A DNA stretch of 64,000 nt from an uncultured Chloroflexia bacterium (GCA_963769535.1 CAVYMC010000005.1:89084-153083); one strand, 5' to 3'; numbered from the stretch's first letter, positions 21,573 to 32,113 are shown. Translations and numbers: made by a program. Notes: a model not told the origin generated them from the sequence alone.

Positions 21573-22334
21573 ATGGAGCGGCAAAACGACCGGCCTGGTT
21601 CCGAGCAAGCATGGATCAAGCCTCCTGAAAACCTATCGCTTGCAGAAAACGAGGCGCATGTCTGGCTGGCTTCTTTAGAGCAACCGGAAGCTGTTATGCT
21701 GCCATTGAAACAAACGCTTTCGTCTGACGAATTGCTCAGAGCCGGAAAATTCCACTTTGACAAAGACCGCCATCATTTTATAGTGGCGCGTGGGGTGCTA
21801 AGAACTCTACTGAGTCGCTACCTGCAAATGCAACCTGCCCAATTGCAATTTGCTTATAATGCTAACGGAAAACCCTCGTTGGATATGCCCTTGCCGGGAA
21901 AAACGCTACATTTTAACCTCTCGCATTCCCACAATCTCGCTCTTTTAGCCTTCTCGTATGCCGGGTCGATTGGCGTTGATATCGAGTATATGCGCGCCGA
22001 TCTCGATTTTGAGCAGGTCGCCCGGGTAAGCTTTTCACCACGCGAGCAGGCGCTATTGCTCGCCATGCCCACTGAAAGGCAACAACACGCATTTTACACC
22101 TGCTGGACGCACAAGGAAGCCTATATCAAGGGCAAGGGAACAGGTTTGTCGTTAGAACCAAACCTGTTCGATGTCACATTCCTGCCCGGCGAGTCGGCCG
22201 CTTTGCTCGCCAGCCGCGAAGATCCGCGAGAACCTGCGCGCTGGATGCTTCAATCATTAGAGCCGGGTGTGGGGTACGCGGGCGCGCTGGCCATAGAGGG
22301 GCACGGGTGGTCATTACGCTGTTACAACTTTTAA
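21573..22334 (+). CDS. 4'-phosphopantetheinyl transferase (Sfp-type)
   Basis: 'SIGVDIEYM' and 'CWTHKEAYIKGKG' motifs, with RBS GGAAGGGA. Confidence 0.85.
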   Translation: MERQNDRPGSEQAWIKPPENLSLAENEAHVWLASLEQPEAVMLPLKQTLSSDELLRAGKFHFDKDRHHFIVARGVLRTLLSRYLQMQPAQLQFAYNANGKPSLDMPLPGKTLHFNLSHSHNLALLAFSYAGSIGVDIEYMRADLDFEQVARVSFSPREQALLLAMPTERQQHAFYTCWTHKEAYIKGKGTGLSLEPNLFDVTFLPGESAALLASREDPREPARWMLQSLEPGVGYAGALAIEGHGWSLRCYNF

Positions 22335-22549
22335 TTCACCGAAACATCCTCACTTTACATAGTGTTGTACAAGCGCAACTACATGTCCAATATTTCTACT
22401 TCGTCCCCTTTGAGATAGCGCGTAATGGCATCGTACGACGAAAGATACGAGTCGTACAGGGTACGGGCTGGGCTTGCCCTCGTCTTGTTCAATCCCTTAC
22501 AATAGGGACAGCTACAATGGAAATAGAAATGTAGCGTTGAGGAGAGTTC

Positions 22550-23416
22550 ATGAAAATTCGTAAAGCGGTGTTGCCGGTCGCGGGGCTTGGGACGCGGGTA
22601 TTACCCGCCAGCAAAGTAATCCCCAAAGAGATGCTGCCCATCATCGATAAACCGACATTACAATATATTGTGGAAGAAGCTGTGGCCGCTGGAGTCGAAG
22701 AAATTATTTTTGTCACCAGTCGCAGTAAACGCAGTATAGAAGATCATTTTGACTCGTTCCCAGAGTTAGAGGCGACTCTGGAACGCAAGGGCAAGCGCAA
22801 AGAACTGGCAGAACTGCGCGCGCTGCAAGCGATGGCTACCTACACCTCTGTGCGCCAGCCAGAGCCGCTCGGCCTCGGGCACGCGGTCTTATGCGCGAAA
22901 GAACTGGTGGGGGATGAGCCGTTTATCGTCATGCTGGGTGACATCATTATTCCACCAGAGGCGCCGTGTCTGCCACAGTTAATCGAGGTTCATGAACGAT
23001 ACGGCGGCTCGGTACTCTCACTTGTAAGCCTGCCACCGGAAGTTATCCCGACCTATGGCATTGCCGTCGTTGAAGAACTGGACGAAGGTGTGCTGAAAAT
23101 CACGCACGTAGTTGAGAAGCCGCCGTTGGAAGAAGCTCCGTCGGATCTAGGATCTTATGGTCGATATGTGCTCACGCCCGATATTTTTCCCCTGCTAGAG
23201 AAAACGTTACCTGGAACGGGTGGGGAAATCCAGATCACGGATGCCATCGAGGTGCAGGCCAGAGCGGGCAATTGCTATGGCCTGCGTTACAACGGCGAAC
23301 GTTACGATACAGGCACGCCCCTGGGCCTGCTAACCACGTCGATCTCTTTTGCCTTGAAAAGGCCCGATCTTGCCCCCGGCCTGCGTGAGTATATGCGCCA
23401 CGCGCTAGAAATGTAG
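22550..23416 (+). CDS. galU: UTP--glucose-1-phosphate uridylyltransferase
   Basis: 'KAVLPVAGLGTRVLPASKVIPKEMLPIIDKPTLQYIVEE', 'GLGHAVL' and 'VEKP' motifs. Confidence 0.92.
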   Translation: MKIRKAVLPVAGLGTRVLPASKVIPKEMLPIIDKPTLQYIVEEAVAAGVEEIIFVTSRSKRSIEDHFDSFPELEATLERKGKRKELAELRALQAMATYTSVRQPEPLGLGHAVLCAKELVGDEPFIVMLGDIIIPPEAPCLPQLIEVHERYGGSVLSLVSLPPEVIPTYGIAVVEELDEGVLKITHVVEKPPLEEAPSDLGSYGRYVLTPDIFPLLEKTLPGTGGEIQITDAIEVQARAGNCYGLRYNGERYDTGTPLGLLTTSISFALKRPDLAPGLREYMRHALEM

Positions 23417-23420
23417 GGAC

Positions 23421-23440
23421 GCGGGGGCAATTGCCCCCGC
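23421..23440. terminator. perfect GC palindrome between convergent genes
   Basis: gcgggggcaattgcccccgc, between the galU stop (23416) and the stop at 23461 (-). Confidence 0.7.
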
Positions 23441-23460
23441 CTCTCTCAAGTCTGGAACAA

Positions 23461-23965
23461 TTACGACAACGGGATTACTATCGAACCTGCGTTGCCGCAT
23501 GTCTCAATGTGGAGTCCATCGGTCTGCATGTTCATACTGGCGCAGGAATAGGTAATGGTGCCAACAGGCGGATGAGGCGCGATGTAATGCTGCCACCCAT
23601 CGCTAATTGCGCAGGAACCGTTGGTATTCTTCACCGCTAAATTATTGATGACTCCCGCGTCTACACCGAAGCTCGAAAAAGACCAGCGTGGCGGGCTGGC
23701 ATTTTTGATAAGCCTGGTAGAAGCATTGCGCGGCTTGCTGCGCGGCTGCTTTGTCCGAAGGCGCAATGCCATTGGCGCGGCTCTGTATTTTGCCACAATC
23801 CACCGTTTGCGCAGGCCGCGTCGGTGTAGGGGTTGGCTGACCGCCCCCGGCGGTCGTGGTATTGGAGCCGCAGGCAACCAGGAAGAATCCCAGCAATAGG
23901 AAGCTGGCAACAACACAAGCTAGCCGTCTGAATGAGTTTTGCGAGAAACGTTGGGTTCGTGACAT
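23461..23965 (-). CDS. small lipoprotein (frameshift in an A5/T5 run as sequenced)
   Basis: Lipobox 'LLLGFFLVACGS'. ORFs 23642..23965 and 23461..23916 join if the T5 run (plus strand A5 at 23676-23680) is read as T4, giving '...PATLVFSSFGVDAGV...'. Confidence 0.6.
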
Positions 23966-24174
23966 CAGGTACTCCTTAATAGTAATGCTATTACAGGTTG
24001 ATCCACCTGTGGTTATTGACGCCCTTTATACAAAAAAGGTTCCCCGAAATCTCGCCTCTTGTTCCAACAGAAGAGATGCGTTATAGTAGGAATGCTTGGA
24101 ATAATCGCTATTCTGGCCTCGAAGAAGAATAACCTGGAAAGATACGAACGCTTTCAGGCGTTCGGAGGAATTGT

Positions 24175-24567
24175 ATGGTAGATATCATCAAAAATCTGCA
24201 CTTTTTTAACGCTCTATTGATCCTGATAGCTGGTACCGTAACGGGCGTCTGGGGGCTGATCCTCTTCTTTATGAAAAAGCAGACCATCATTCGACCCTGG
24301 CGCATTGCCCTGATTTTTACAGCAGTTGTCGGGTTATTACAGGCGTTGTTCGGCATTATCCTGTTGCTGCTGGGGCAGCATCCCGGTACCGGTACAGGAC
24401 TCTTTTACCTGCATTTCGTCTATGGAGGCATCGTCGCCCTGGCTATCCCGGTAGCCGTTACCTATGCCACTGGCGGAAAAAATCCCCGGCGCGACATGCT
24501 CATCTTCAGCATTATTTCGCTGGTGCTTGTTGCGGCGGCTTTACGCGCGCTCATGACGGGGTACTAA
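24175..24567 (+). CDS. integral membrane protein (4 predicted helices)
   Basis: 130-aa hydrophobic ORF with RBS GGAGGA 7 nt upstream. Confidence 0.6.
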   Translation: MVDIIKNLHFFNALLILIAGTVTGVWGLILFFMKKQTIIRPWRIALIFTAVVGLLQALFGIILLLLGQHPGTGTGLFYLHFVYGGIVALAIPVAVTYATGGKNPRRDMLIFSIISLVLVAAALRALMTGY

Positions 24568-24588
24568 TTATACAAGTGGAGAACAACT

Positions 24589-25921
24589 ATGAAAGCTTCT
24601 TTTATTCATATTGCGGATACCCATCTCGGTTATGAACAATACGGTGTGCGCGAGCGTTTTAATGATTTCAGCCGGGCATTCTGGGACATCATCGACGACG
24701 CCCTGTACCGCGAAGCTGATTTTCTGGTCATTGCCGGAGACCTCTTTCATAAACGCGCCATCGATGCCCTGACGCTTATTCATGCCATCGAGGGATTAAA
24801 GAAGCTGAAAGCAAAGGGCATTCCGGTCATCGCCATCGAGGGCAACCATGATCGCAGCTATTACCGCGAAGGCATTTCATGGTTACAGTTTTTATGTCAC
24901 GAACAGTATGTCACTTTGCTCAATCCCAGGATGCGCGATGGCGCGCCCGGTTATCGCGCCCTGGGAACAGTCCACGATGGCTGGTTCGTACATGGATGTG
25001 CTCGATGGCAAGGTGCGCGTCTATGGCCTGCCCTGGCAGGGAGCCGCCACCGCTCGTAGCATCGAGGGTCTGGCGCAGGCGCTGGAAGCGGCTCGCGCGG
25101 AAGAAGAAGCCGCCGGCATCGAATACCGCCTCTTGATGATGCATACCGGCGTTGATGGCGTAGTGCCTCGCGTGCAGGGCTTGCCAACTATGGCCCATTT
25201 CCAATCGCTGCGTCGCCATGTCGATTACCTGGCCCTCGGCCATGTGCATAAACCCTACGAGTTCGATGACTGGATATACAATCCCGGCTCAACCGAGACC
25301 TGCGGCGCGGAAGAAGCAGCCTGGGAGGATCGCGGCTACTATTTTGTCGAAATCGATAGCAACAATAATGCGCAATCTGACGAGGCGGATGCCCCTCCCT
25401 CAAAGCATCATGCCAGCCATCTTGTCAGCAAACGCCGTCCTTTCGCCCGTCTCGAAGTGCGCGTGGATGGTCTGAGCGAACCCAACGAAGTCTATAACCG
25501 TCTCGAAACATATTGTCGCCGCGAGCTGATCCGCTACGAAGGGGATGCGCTGCGTCCTCTGGTGCAGGTGCAGCTTATCGGCACGCTGGCCTTTGATGCT
25601 GGCTCGCTGGATATAGCCTACATGGAAAAACTGGTGTATGACCTCTTTGAGCCGCTCTACGCGCGTATCGAGAATAACACCAACGACCGCGACTACATCC
25701 CCGAAGGCAGCGACATCGACGGGCGCGACCGCTCCACCTGGCACGAACTGGAACGCCGCATCTTTGAAGACCTCGTCAGCCGCGACTCCCGCTACCTCGC
25801 TCATCGCGAACAATGGAGCCAGACGCTGGCCGACCTGAAACGCATGGCGCTCGAAAAGGAAGACCCGGCAGAAATCGCACAGTTCTTGCGCAATAAACGC
25901 GCGGAACTGTTGGAAGCATAA
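24589..25921 (+). CDS. sbcD: Mre11/SbcD-family DNA repair exonuclease (1-nt frameshift ~24948 as sequenced); no adjacent SbcC/Rad50
   Basis: Calcineurin-like motifs 'IHIADTHLG', 'AGDLFH', 'EGNHD', 'MMHTG' and 'LGHVH'. ORFs 24589..25059 and 24848..25921 join at 'RDGAP/VIAPWEQ'. Confidence 0.8.
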
Positions 25922-25927
25922 AATCCA

Positions 25928-27601
25928 TCAGTTACTTTTCTTCGTCGTCTCCCGAATATCCTTCGGGTTGTACCAGCAGTGGTCGCACTTTGTGCGCACG
26001 TACATTGCCGCCGAATCTTCAACTGGCTGCACCTCTTCATGGGTGTGGACATGCGTTTCTTCCGACGCGTCTTCGTTCTCAAGCGGCTGCGCGTACAACG
26101 GATGTCCCTCGGAACTCAAACAGCGTCCGGTGGCAAGCTCGAATTGCCAGCCATGCATGGTACAGGTCAGCACTCCGTTTTCGATTTTGGCGAAGCGCGT
26201 CAGGTCGGCTTTCAGGTGCGGGCAACGGCGCTGAATACGATAGCCGTTGCTCTCCCAGAGTTGCTGCACTGCCGTCTTTTCGGCGTAGTAGCCTTCGGCG
26301 TATTGCAGGCGTTCGGGCGTGAGGCACTTGAAGAAGTTGTAGACGTATTCGTTGTAGGCTCCCTTGCGCTGCGCCTCGAAGCGGCAGGAGAGGAAAATCT
26401 GGTTGATCCAGTCCTCTTCATGGTGGATGATGCAGTACTCCAGCAGGGCGCGGTCAATGTGGAAGCGGTAATCCCACTCTTCCTCGTGCCAGGCGTAGAC
26501 ACGTCGCGTATGGAAATCCAGCACGATCTGCTGCGCGTCGCAGTCGATCAGCACGCGCCCATTAATGCCAACCGCTGTTAAATCGGCCTGTTCCATCAGC
26601 GGCTCGAACCATATTCGTATCGAATCCAGGATATCCACCTGCCCGCGCGGCCATGACGCCTTTTGCGCGTCGATTACCGGCTGCTGGCGCGCCCGGTAGC
26701 GTTCCAGGTAGGCGCGTTTATCGCTAAAGATCGCCTGTACCTCATTGTCGGGCAATGGATGCTCAACCGTAAAGCTCTCTCTGGTAATCGTGCCAACAGT
26801 GCCGGGAATCATCAAGCGGCCATTATCCAGTCCGTTGGCCTGCATATACTCGATAAAGACGGTCTGGTCAGGAAAGGTATTGGCGGGGTTGCGGTCGAAG
26901 TCATTGAAAGCGAAAAGGTGGTCGTCCAGAAAACAGGGCGGCCCGGCAGACGGCACGACAAAGTTCGCGCCAATTTCATTGATATAGCGCAGGGCGCGCG
27001 CCATCTCGTTTTCGCGTTTCTTGCGACCCAACGCCTGCATCATCTTCTCCGGGAACTGGTAGACCATAGGGTACCAGATCGCGCCGGAGAACTGCACAAA
27101 GTGCGCGTCAAAAGGACCAAAACTATTAAGCTTATCCAGGTCGATGGGGCGCGAATCATTCTGATCGAGGATGCGCGTTTCGCCGTCGTCCACCATTAAT
27201 GTTGAGTCGCCCAGGGGGCCATCAATGGGCGCGGCCATCGCCATCACCATGAAGCGCAGCCCATCAACCTCTATAGCCTCTGTATTCTTCGTCTGGATAA
27301 ACTTTGTAAAGCCTAAATCGCGCATTCGCCGTTCCAGCAGGTTCAACGGGTAATCAGGCAAAATGACCGTCGCCTCTTTCCAGACATGCTCTCGCAAAAA
27401 TTGCGGATCAAAATGATCGTGGTGCAGGTGCGAGACATACAGATACGTGGGTCGCGCCAGTTTCTCGCGGTCGACCTCTTCGTTGCTGGGAAACGGGAAC
27501 CACGAAGCGAAGTAGGCAGGATTGAACCAGGGATCGCACAGGATACTTCCATGCCGGGTTTCAATAAAAATGCCAGCCTGTCCGAGGAACGTAATCTTCA
27601 A
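25928..27601 (-). CDS. metallo-beta-lactamase-fold protein fused to a C-terminal Rieske [2Fe-2S] domain
   Basis: 'HLHHDHFD' MBL motif, and Rieske 'CPHLKADL...CTMHGWQF'. Confidence 0.8.
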   Translation of the reverse strand: MKITFLGQAGIFIETRHGSILCDPWFNPAYFASWFPFPSNEEVDREKLARPTYLYVSHLHHDHFDPQFLREHVWKEATVILPDYPLNLLERRMRDLGFTKFIQTKNTEAIEVDGLRFMVMAMAAPIDGPLGDSTLMVDDGETRILDQNDSRPIDLDKLNSFGPFDAHFVQFSGAIWYPMVYQFPEKMMQALGRKKRENEMARALRYINEIGANFVVPSAGPPCFLDDHLFAFNDFDRNPANTFPDQTVFIEYMQANGLDNGRLMIPGTVGTITRESFTVEHPLPDNEVQAIFSDKRAYLERYRARQQPVIDAQKASWPRGQVDILDSIRIWFEPLMEQADLTAVGINGRVLIDCDAQQIVLDFHTRRVYAWHEEEWDYRFHIDRALLEYCIIHHEEDWINQIFLSCRFEAQRKGAYNEYVYNFFKCLTPERLQYAEGYYAEKTAVQQLWESNGYRIQRRCPHLKADLTRFAKIENGVLTCTMHGWQFELATGRCLSSEGHPLYAQPLENEDASEETHVHTHEEVQPVEDSAAMYVRTKCDHCWYNPKDIRETTKKSN

Positions 27602-27614
27602 TGCGCGATCTCCT

Positions 27615-28805
27615 TTATTTTAGAAAGTCCATCGCGGCACGCGATAGCACTTCGACAGCGACGGGCATGGCTTCCTCATCGATGTTGAAGCGCGGATGAT
27701 GGTGCGGGTAGTTGGCTCCTTTGGCGGGATTTTTCGCGCCCACGATGAAGTAGCAGCCCGGCACGGCCTCGAGGAAACAGGCCATATCGTCGCTGCCTGC
27801 CGTCATGACCTCCTCGCTGGTGTCCACATCCTTCTCGCCAACGGTGGCGATAGCGGCGTTTTGTACCAACTCGGTCATACCAGCGTCATTGACGCAGGGC
27901 GGACAACCATCGATCAATTCCACATCGCACGAACCGCCCATAGCGCTTGCTACGCCCGATGCCACCTCTGAGATGCGGCGCAGCAGTTTGGCGCGGTGTT
28001 CTTTCGCGAAGGCGCGCATCGTGCCGTGCATCACCGCCGTTTCGGGGATGATATTGAAGGCAGTCCCGGCTTGAATCTGGCCGATGGTGATGACTGCCGG
28101 GCTGAAAGGCGATGTCTCGCGGCTGATGAGCGTTTGCAGCGCGGTCACGATGTAGGCCGCGATAACGATAGGGTCAACCGTCGTTTCGGGCATAGCGGCG
28201 TGACCGCCCTTGCCGTGAACGGTCAGAACAACCTTATCCGCGCTGGCGAAGACCGCGCCTGAGCGCACTCCGACGCGCCCCAGTGGGTAGTCGCTGATAA
28301 GGTGCAGGCCAATCACGCCGTCAACGCCATTCATCGCTCCCTCTTTGACCATCGGTGCCGCTCCGCCAACCCTCTCCTCGGCAGGCTGGAAGACAAATTT
28401 GACGTTGCCCGCCAGGTCATCCTTGCGTTTCGTCAAGATATCGGCGACAGCCAGCAGGATCGAGGTATGCCCATCATGACCGCAAGCGTGCATCTTGCCA
28501 TCCGTTTGCGAGCGATAATCTATCTCGTTCAACTCGTAGATGGGCAGCGCGTCCATATCGGCGCGGATGGCAATCGTTTTCGCGCCGGGCTTGCTCGCTC
28601 CCCCGCGCAAGTATCCGATCACGCCGGTCTTCGCGACTCCTGTCTGCACCTCTAACCCCAGTTTTTGCAAACGCTGCGCCACAATGCCAGAGGTGCGCAC
28701 CTCTTCAAAGGCCAGTTCAGGGTGTTCGTGCAGATCGCGGCGCGTGGCAATCAAATCCGGCACAAGTTCATCAATATCAGACTTCAAACGGTCAACTTCG
28801 GACAT
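27615..28805 (-). CDS. M20-family amidohydrolase (N-acyl-amino acid/hippurate hydrolase-like)
   Basis: 'DLHEHPELAFEE', 'RADMDALPI' and 'HACGHDGHT'. ATG 28805 is preceded by GGAGG. Confidence 0.85.
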   Translation of the reverse strand: MSEVDRLKSDIDELVPDLIATRRDLHEHPELAFEEVRTSGIVAQRLQKLGLEVQTGVAKTGVIGYLRGGASKPGAKTIAIRADMDALPIYELNEIDYRSQTDGKMHACGHDGHTSILLAVADILTKRKDDLAGNVKFVFQPAEERVGGAAPMVKEGAMNGVDGVIGLHLISDYPLGRVGVRSGAVFASADKVVLTVHGKGGHAAMPETTVDPIVIAAYIVTALQTLISRETSPFSPAVITIGQIQAGTAFNIIPETAVMHGTMRAFAKEHRAKLLRRISEVASGVASAMGGSCDVELIDGCPPCVNDAGMTELVQNAAIATVGEKDVDTSEEVMTAGSDDMACFLEAVPGCYFIVGAKNPAKGANYPHHHPRFNIDEEAMPVAVEVLSRAAMDFLK

Positions 28806-28986
28806 GGAACCTCCAGGGGGTATGGTAAATAAACTCGACTTCTCCTGGTACATTGTATCACGTAGCAGAGGGGTGCTGGATCCGGTTCGCTGATGGCCTT
28901 TCTCTTATATCATCTCCATCAGTCTCTCGCGTCTAGGTTTCTGACGCTAGAAAAGCTGAATCAATTAGGGAAGCTTTGAACTTAAA

Positions 28987-29583
28987 ATGATTCGGGTTAA
29001 TGTTCTTGTAGAAGGCAGTACGGATGAACCAGTTGCTAAACGTTTATTGAAGTATAGCGGGCTGGAAGCGGGTATAATATTTGGCAAAAAAGGAAAGCCA
29101 GATCTACTGAAACGCTTGCTTAATTATAATCGAGCAGCTCAATTTGCGCCCTGGTTTATCGTAGTAGATTTGGACATGGATAGCCAATGTCCATCGCAAG
29201 CTCTTAGTAAATGGTTACCTGATCCATCCATAGGTATGCGATTCCGCATTGCAGTTCGAGCTGTTGAAGCGTGGTTACTGGCCGACAAAGAAAACATGGC
29301 TCAATTTTTAGGTGTCTCCTCTTCAAGGCTACAGCATAATTTCGATCTTGAGAATGATCCAAAAGAGACCCTGGTTAATATTGCTCGTCACAGTCGCAAT
29401 AGAAGTATCCGTGAGGATATAGCGCCTCGACCGATGAGCGGGGCGAGAGTTGGTCCGCTCTATGTTCCACAATTAACTCGGTTTGTCAACGAGCTCTGGA
29501 GACCAGATACAGCTTCAGCTGAGTCAGAAAGCCTGCGTCGCTGTTTACAAGCACTATCAACACTGGCTGAGTGGGAATCTTAG
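28987..29583 (+). CDS. stand-alone Toprim-like (DUF4276-like) protein
   Basis: 'IRVNVLVEGSTDEPVAKRLL' (Toprim Glu) and 'FIVVDLDMD' (DxD). The gene is noticeably AT-richer than its neighbours and has its own terminator. Confidence 0.5.
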   Translation: MIRVNVLVEGSTDEPVAKRLLKYSGLEAGIIFGKKGKPDLLKRLLNYNRAAQFAPWFIVVDLDMDSQCPSQALSKWLPDPSIGMRFRIAVRAVEAWLLADKENMAQFLGVSSSRLQHNFDLENDPKETLVNIARHSRNRSIREDIAPRPMSGARVGPLYVPQLTRFVNELWRPDTASAESESLRRCLQALSTLAEWES

Positions 29584-29606
29584 TCACAGATTACTTCAAA
29601 TGGTTT

Positions 29607-29636
29607 GCCCCAGAAAACAGAATTGTTTTCTGGGGC
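29607..29636 (+). terminator. 13-bp hairpin after the Toprim-like gene
   Basis: gccccagaaaaca-gaat-tgttttctggggc. Confidence 0.65.
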
Positions 29637-29775
29637 AATATTGTATAATCCCCAAGTTTTCAGAGAAATGAAATTGTGTGCGCATTGGTTGTAACAGCAA
29701 GAAACGGATAGACTCTCCCCTCAAGGTATCTTATCATATACCTGTGAGGATGTGAAAAATCAGGAGAAACGCGCA

Positions 29776-30849
29776 ATGCAAGATGTCAAAGAAAATATTG
29801 AAGAGCAATACTGGCAGGCAGTCGTAGAGAAGGATAGCAGCGCCAACGGCACATTTTACGTCGCGGTACGCTCCACAGGCGTTTACTGCAAACCATCCTG
29901 TCCATCGAGGCGGCCAAAACGCGAGAACGTCTCGTTCTATGCTTCGCCAGAAGCGGCAGAGCAGGCGGGTTATCGCGCCTGCAAGCGTTGTCGTCCGCGT
30001 GAGACGGCGCAAACAGACCCGCAGGTAGAAATCGCGCAGCGCATCTGCCGCTACATCGAACAGCATCTTGAAGGCGCGATCAGCCTGGCCGACCTGAGCG
30101 AACAGTTCAATATAAGCCCCTTCCATTTGCAGCGCATTTTCAAGCGCGTGATGGGCATTTCGCCGCGCCAGTACGCGGAAGCCCACCGTTTAGACCTGTT
30201 CAAGGCGCAATTGAAAGAGAGAGAATCTGTGACTGAAGCATTATATGAGGTCGGGTATAGTTCGAGCAGCCGCCTGTACGAACGCGCGCCAGTACAGCTT
30301 GGCATGACGCCCACCACGTACCAGCGTGGCGGCGCTGGTATGCATATCAGTTACACTATCGTCGATTCGCCCCTGGGTCGCCTGTTAGTAGCGGCGACGG
30401 AGAAGGGCGTATGTTCCGTATGTATCGGCGACGAGGATACCTTGCTTGAAAAAGCGTTTCAAAAAGAATACCCGATGGCAGACATCAAGCGTAATGTTGA
30501 TGGTACCCCCCTGCACAACTGGGTTGAGACGCTGGTAAGACACCTCAACGGGCAGCAGCCACACCTTGATTTGCCGCTTGATGTGCGGGCGACTGCCTTT
30601 CAACGGCGCGTCTGGCAGGCGCTGCAAGCCATCCCCTACGGTGAAACCCGTTCTTATAGCCAGATTGCGCAAACCATCGGTCAACCCACTGCCGCTCGTG
30701 CCGTGGCGAATGCCTGCGCCACCAACCCCGTCGCCATCGCTGTCCCCTGCCATCGCGTCGTGCGCGAAAACGGCAACATGGGCGGCTACCGTTGGGGAGA
30801 AACTCGCAAACAACAATTGCTGGAGCAAGAAGCGGAACACATATATTGA
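29776..30849 (+). CDS. ada: bifunctional Ada-type regulator/methyltransferase (Ada Zn domain + AraC HTH + O6-alkylguanine-DNA alkyltransferase)
   Basis: 'CKPSCPSRRPKRENVSFY...CKRC', AraC HTH 'ISLADLSEQFNISPFHLQRIFKRVMGISPRQY', and MGMT active site 'PCHRVV'. Confidence 0.9.
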   Translation: MQDVKENIEEQYWQAVVEKDSSANGTFYVAVRSTGVYCKPSCPSRRPKRENVSFYASPEAAEQAGYRACKRCRPRETAQTDPQVEIAQRICRYIEQHLEGAISLADLSEQFNISPFHLQRIFKRVMGISPRQYAEAHRLDLFKAQLKERESVTEALYEVGYSSSSRLYERAPVQLGMTPTTYQRGGAGMHISYTIVDSPLGRLLVAATEKGVCSVCIGDEDTLLEKAFQKEYPMADIKRNVDGTPLHNWVETLVRHLNGQQPHLDLPLDVRATAFQRRVWQALQAIPYGETRSYSQIAQTIGQPTAARAVANACATNPVAIAVPCHRVVRENGNMGGYRWGETRKQQLLEQEAEHIY

Positions 30850-30983
30850 CTTTCCCATTTTTTCGCCTTTGGCTGTAGCAGCAAGCGGCATTCTCTGTTA
30901 CTATAAATTGTATAGTGAATATGTGTACCGAAAATTGTAGAAAAATTTATGCAAAACACATGGTTTTTAACCAGGAGGGTGAA

Positions 30984-31115
30984 ATGGAGTTCCTTATTCT
31001 ACTCGTCATGTTGATGCTATTAGACTTCGCTGCTATACGTTGGGGCGCAATCAGCCTGGATGGCCCCGGCAGTCCCGAATGGGAACAGCGGCAGCGCTGG
31101 TACGCTTTCCACTAG
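30984..31115 (+). CDS. small membrane protein (43 aa)
   Basis: 'MEFLILLVMLMLLDFAAIRW...' with a strong RBS AGGAGGG 4 nt upstream. Confidence 0.4.
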   Translation: MEFLILLVMLMLLDFAAIRWGAISLDGPGSPEWEQRQRWYAFH

Positions 31116-31132
31116 ATTTAGCGGATTACTTC

Positions 31133-32101
31133 ATGCAAGAGCAACAACTAAGCGGTTCAGAAGTGGTAGCAACTACGACACCTGCATCTACTGAAGCGCC
31201 AATATCGTCAAGTTCCACTGCAGCGCCTCAACCAAAGCGACTGATTATTATCCTGTCACTACTTTCGCTGTACGCGCTCTGGGGCGGCACGTATCTTGGG
31301 ATGCGTATTGCCCTGGAAGGCTTTCCGCCCTTTTTCGTGGCGGGCTTTCGCCAGTTAATAGCCGGTATCATCCTGTATGTCTTCCTGCGATTACGTGGAG
31401 CGGCGCGACCGACGCGCGCCCAGTGGTCAGGCGCGGCTGTCGTTGGTGGCTTATTGCTGGTAGTTGGCAACGGCGGCGTTGTCTTCGCGGAGCAGTGGGT
31501 TTCGTCGGGATTGGCGGCGTTGGCCCTGGGCGCCATACCACTATGGGCGGCCCTTTTCTCCGGCCTGTTCGGGCGCTGGCCCCGGCCTCTCGAATGGTGC
31601 GGGCTGGCCATAGGTTTCGCCGGACTGGTGCTGTTAAACCTGGAGAATGGCCTGCACGCGAACCCGTTGGGCGCAATCGTGTTACTCATCGCACCCATAA
31701 GCTGGGCGCTCGGCTCCATCTTAAGCCAGCACCTGCCCAGCCCGAAGGGCTTGATGGCAAGCGCGGCCCAGATGCTCGTAGGCGGTGTCATGCTCTTTAT
31801 CGTAGGGTCGGTCATTGGCGAGCGCATGACCGCTTTTCCCGGCCCGCGCGCATTGGGAGCTATGGCCTACCTGATCGTGGGCGGCTCGTTGATCGGTTTC
31901 ACCGCCTATGGCTACCTGCTGCGCTATACGCGGCCAGCCATGGCAACCAGCTACGCCTACGTCAACCCACTTGTCGCGGTGGGCCTGGGTGTCGCGTTGG
32001 CAGGCGAACATATCACGCTGATCGGCGTGCTGGCAATGTTTACCATCCTGTCGGGTGTCGTGCTGGTGACGATGGGACGCGAGCGTAGCCGCGCTCGTTG
32101 A
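31133..32101 (+). CDS. EamA/DMT-family transporter
   Basis: 10 hydrophobic helices in two EamA-like halves ('LYALWGGTYLGMRIAL', 'ATSYAYVNPLVAVGLGV'). Confidence 0.85.
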   Translation: MQEQQLSGSEVVATTTPASTEAPISSSSTAAPQPKRLIIILSLLSLYALWGGTYLGMRIALEGFPPFFVAGFRQLIAGIILYVFLRLRGAARPTRAQWSGAAVVGGLLLVVGNGGVVFAEQWVSSGLAALALGAIPLWAALFSGLFGRWPRPLEWCGLAIGFAGLVLLNLENGLHANPLGAIVLLIAPISWALGSILSQHLPSPKGLMASAAQMLVGGVMLFIVGSVIGERMTAFPGPRALGAMAYLIVGGSLIGFTAYGYLLRYTRPAMATSYAYVNPLVAVGLGVALAGEHITLIGVLAMFTILSGVVLVTMGRERSRAR

Positions 32102-32113
32102 TAGGTTGATGCC

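Noticed and set aside
24589-25921. SbcD without SbcC as evidence of a novel nuclease system.
   Set aside because: Stand-alone Mre11/YhaO-like phosphoesterases are common, and nothing in the neighbourhood supports a system.
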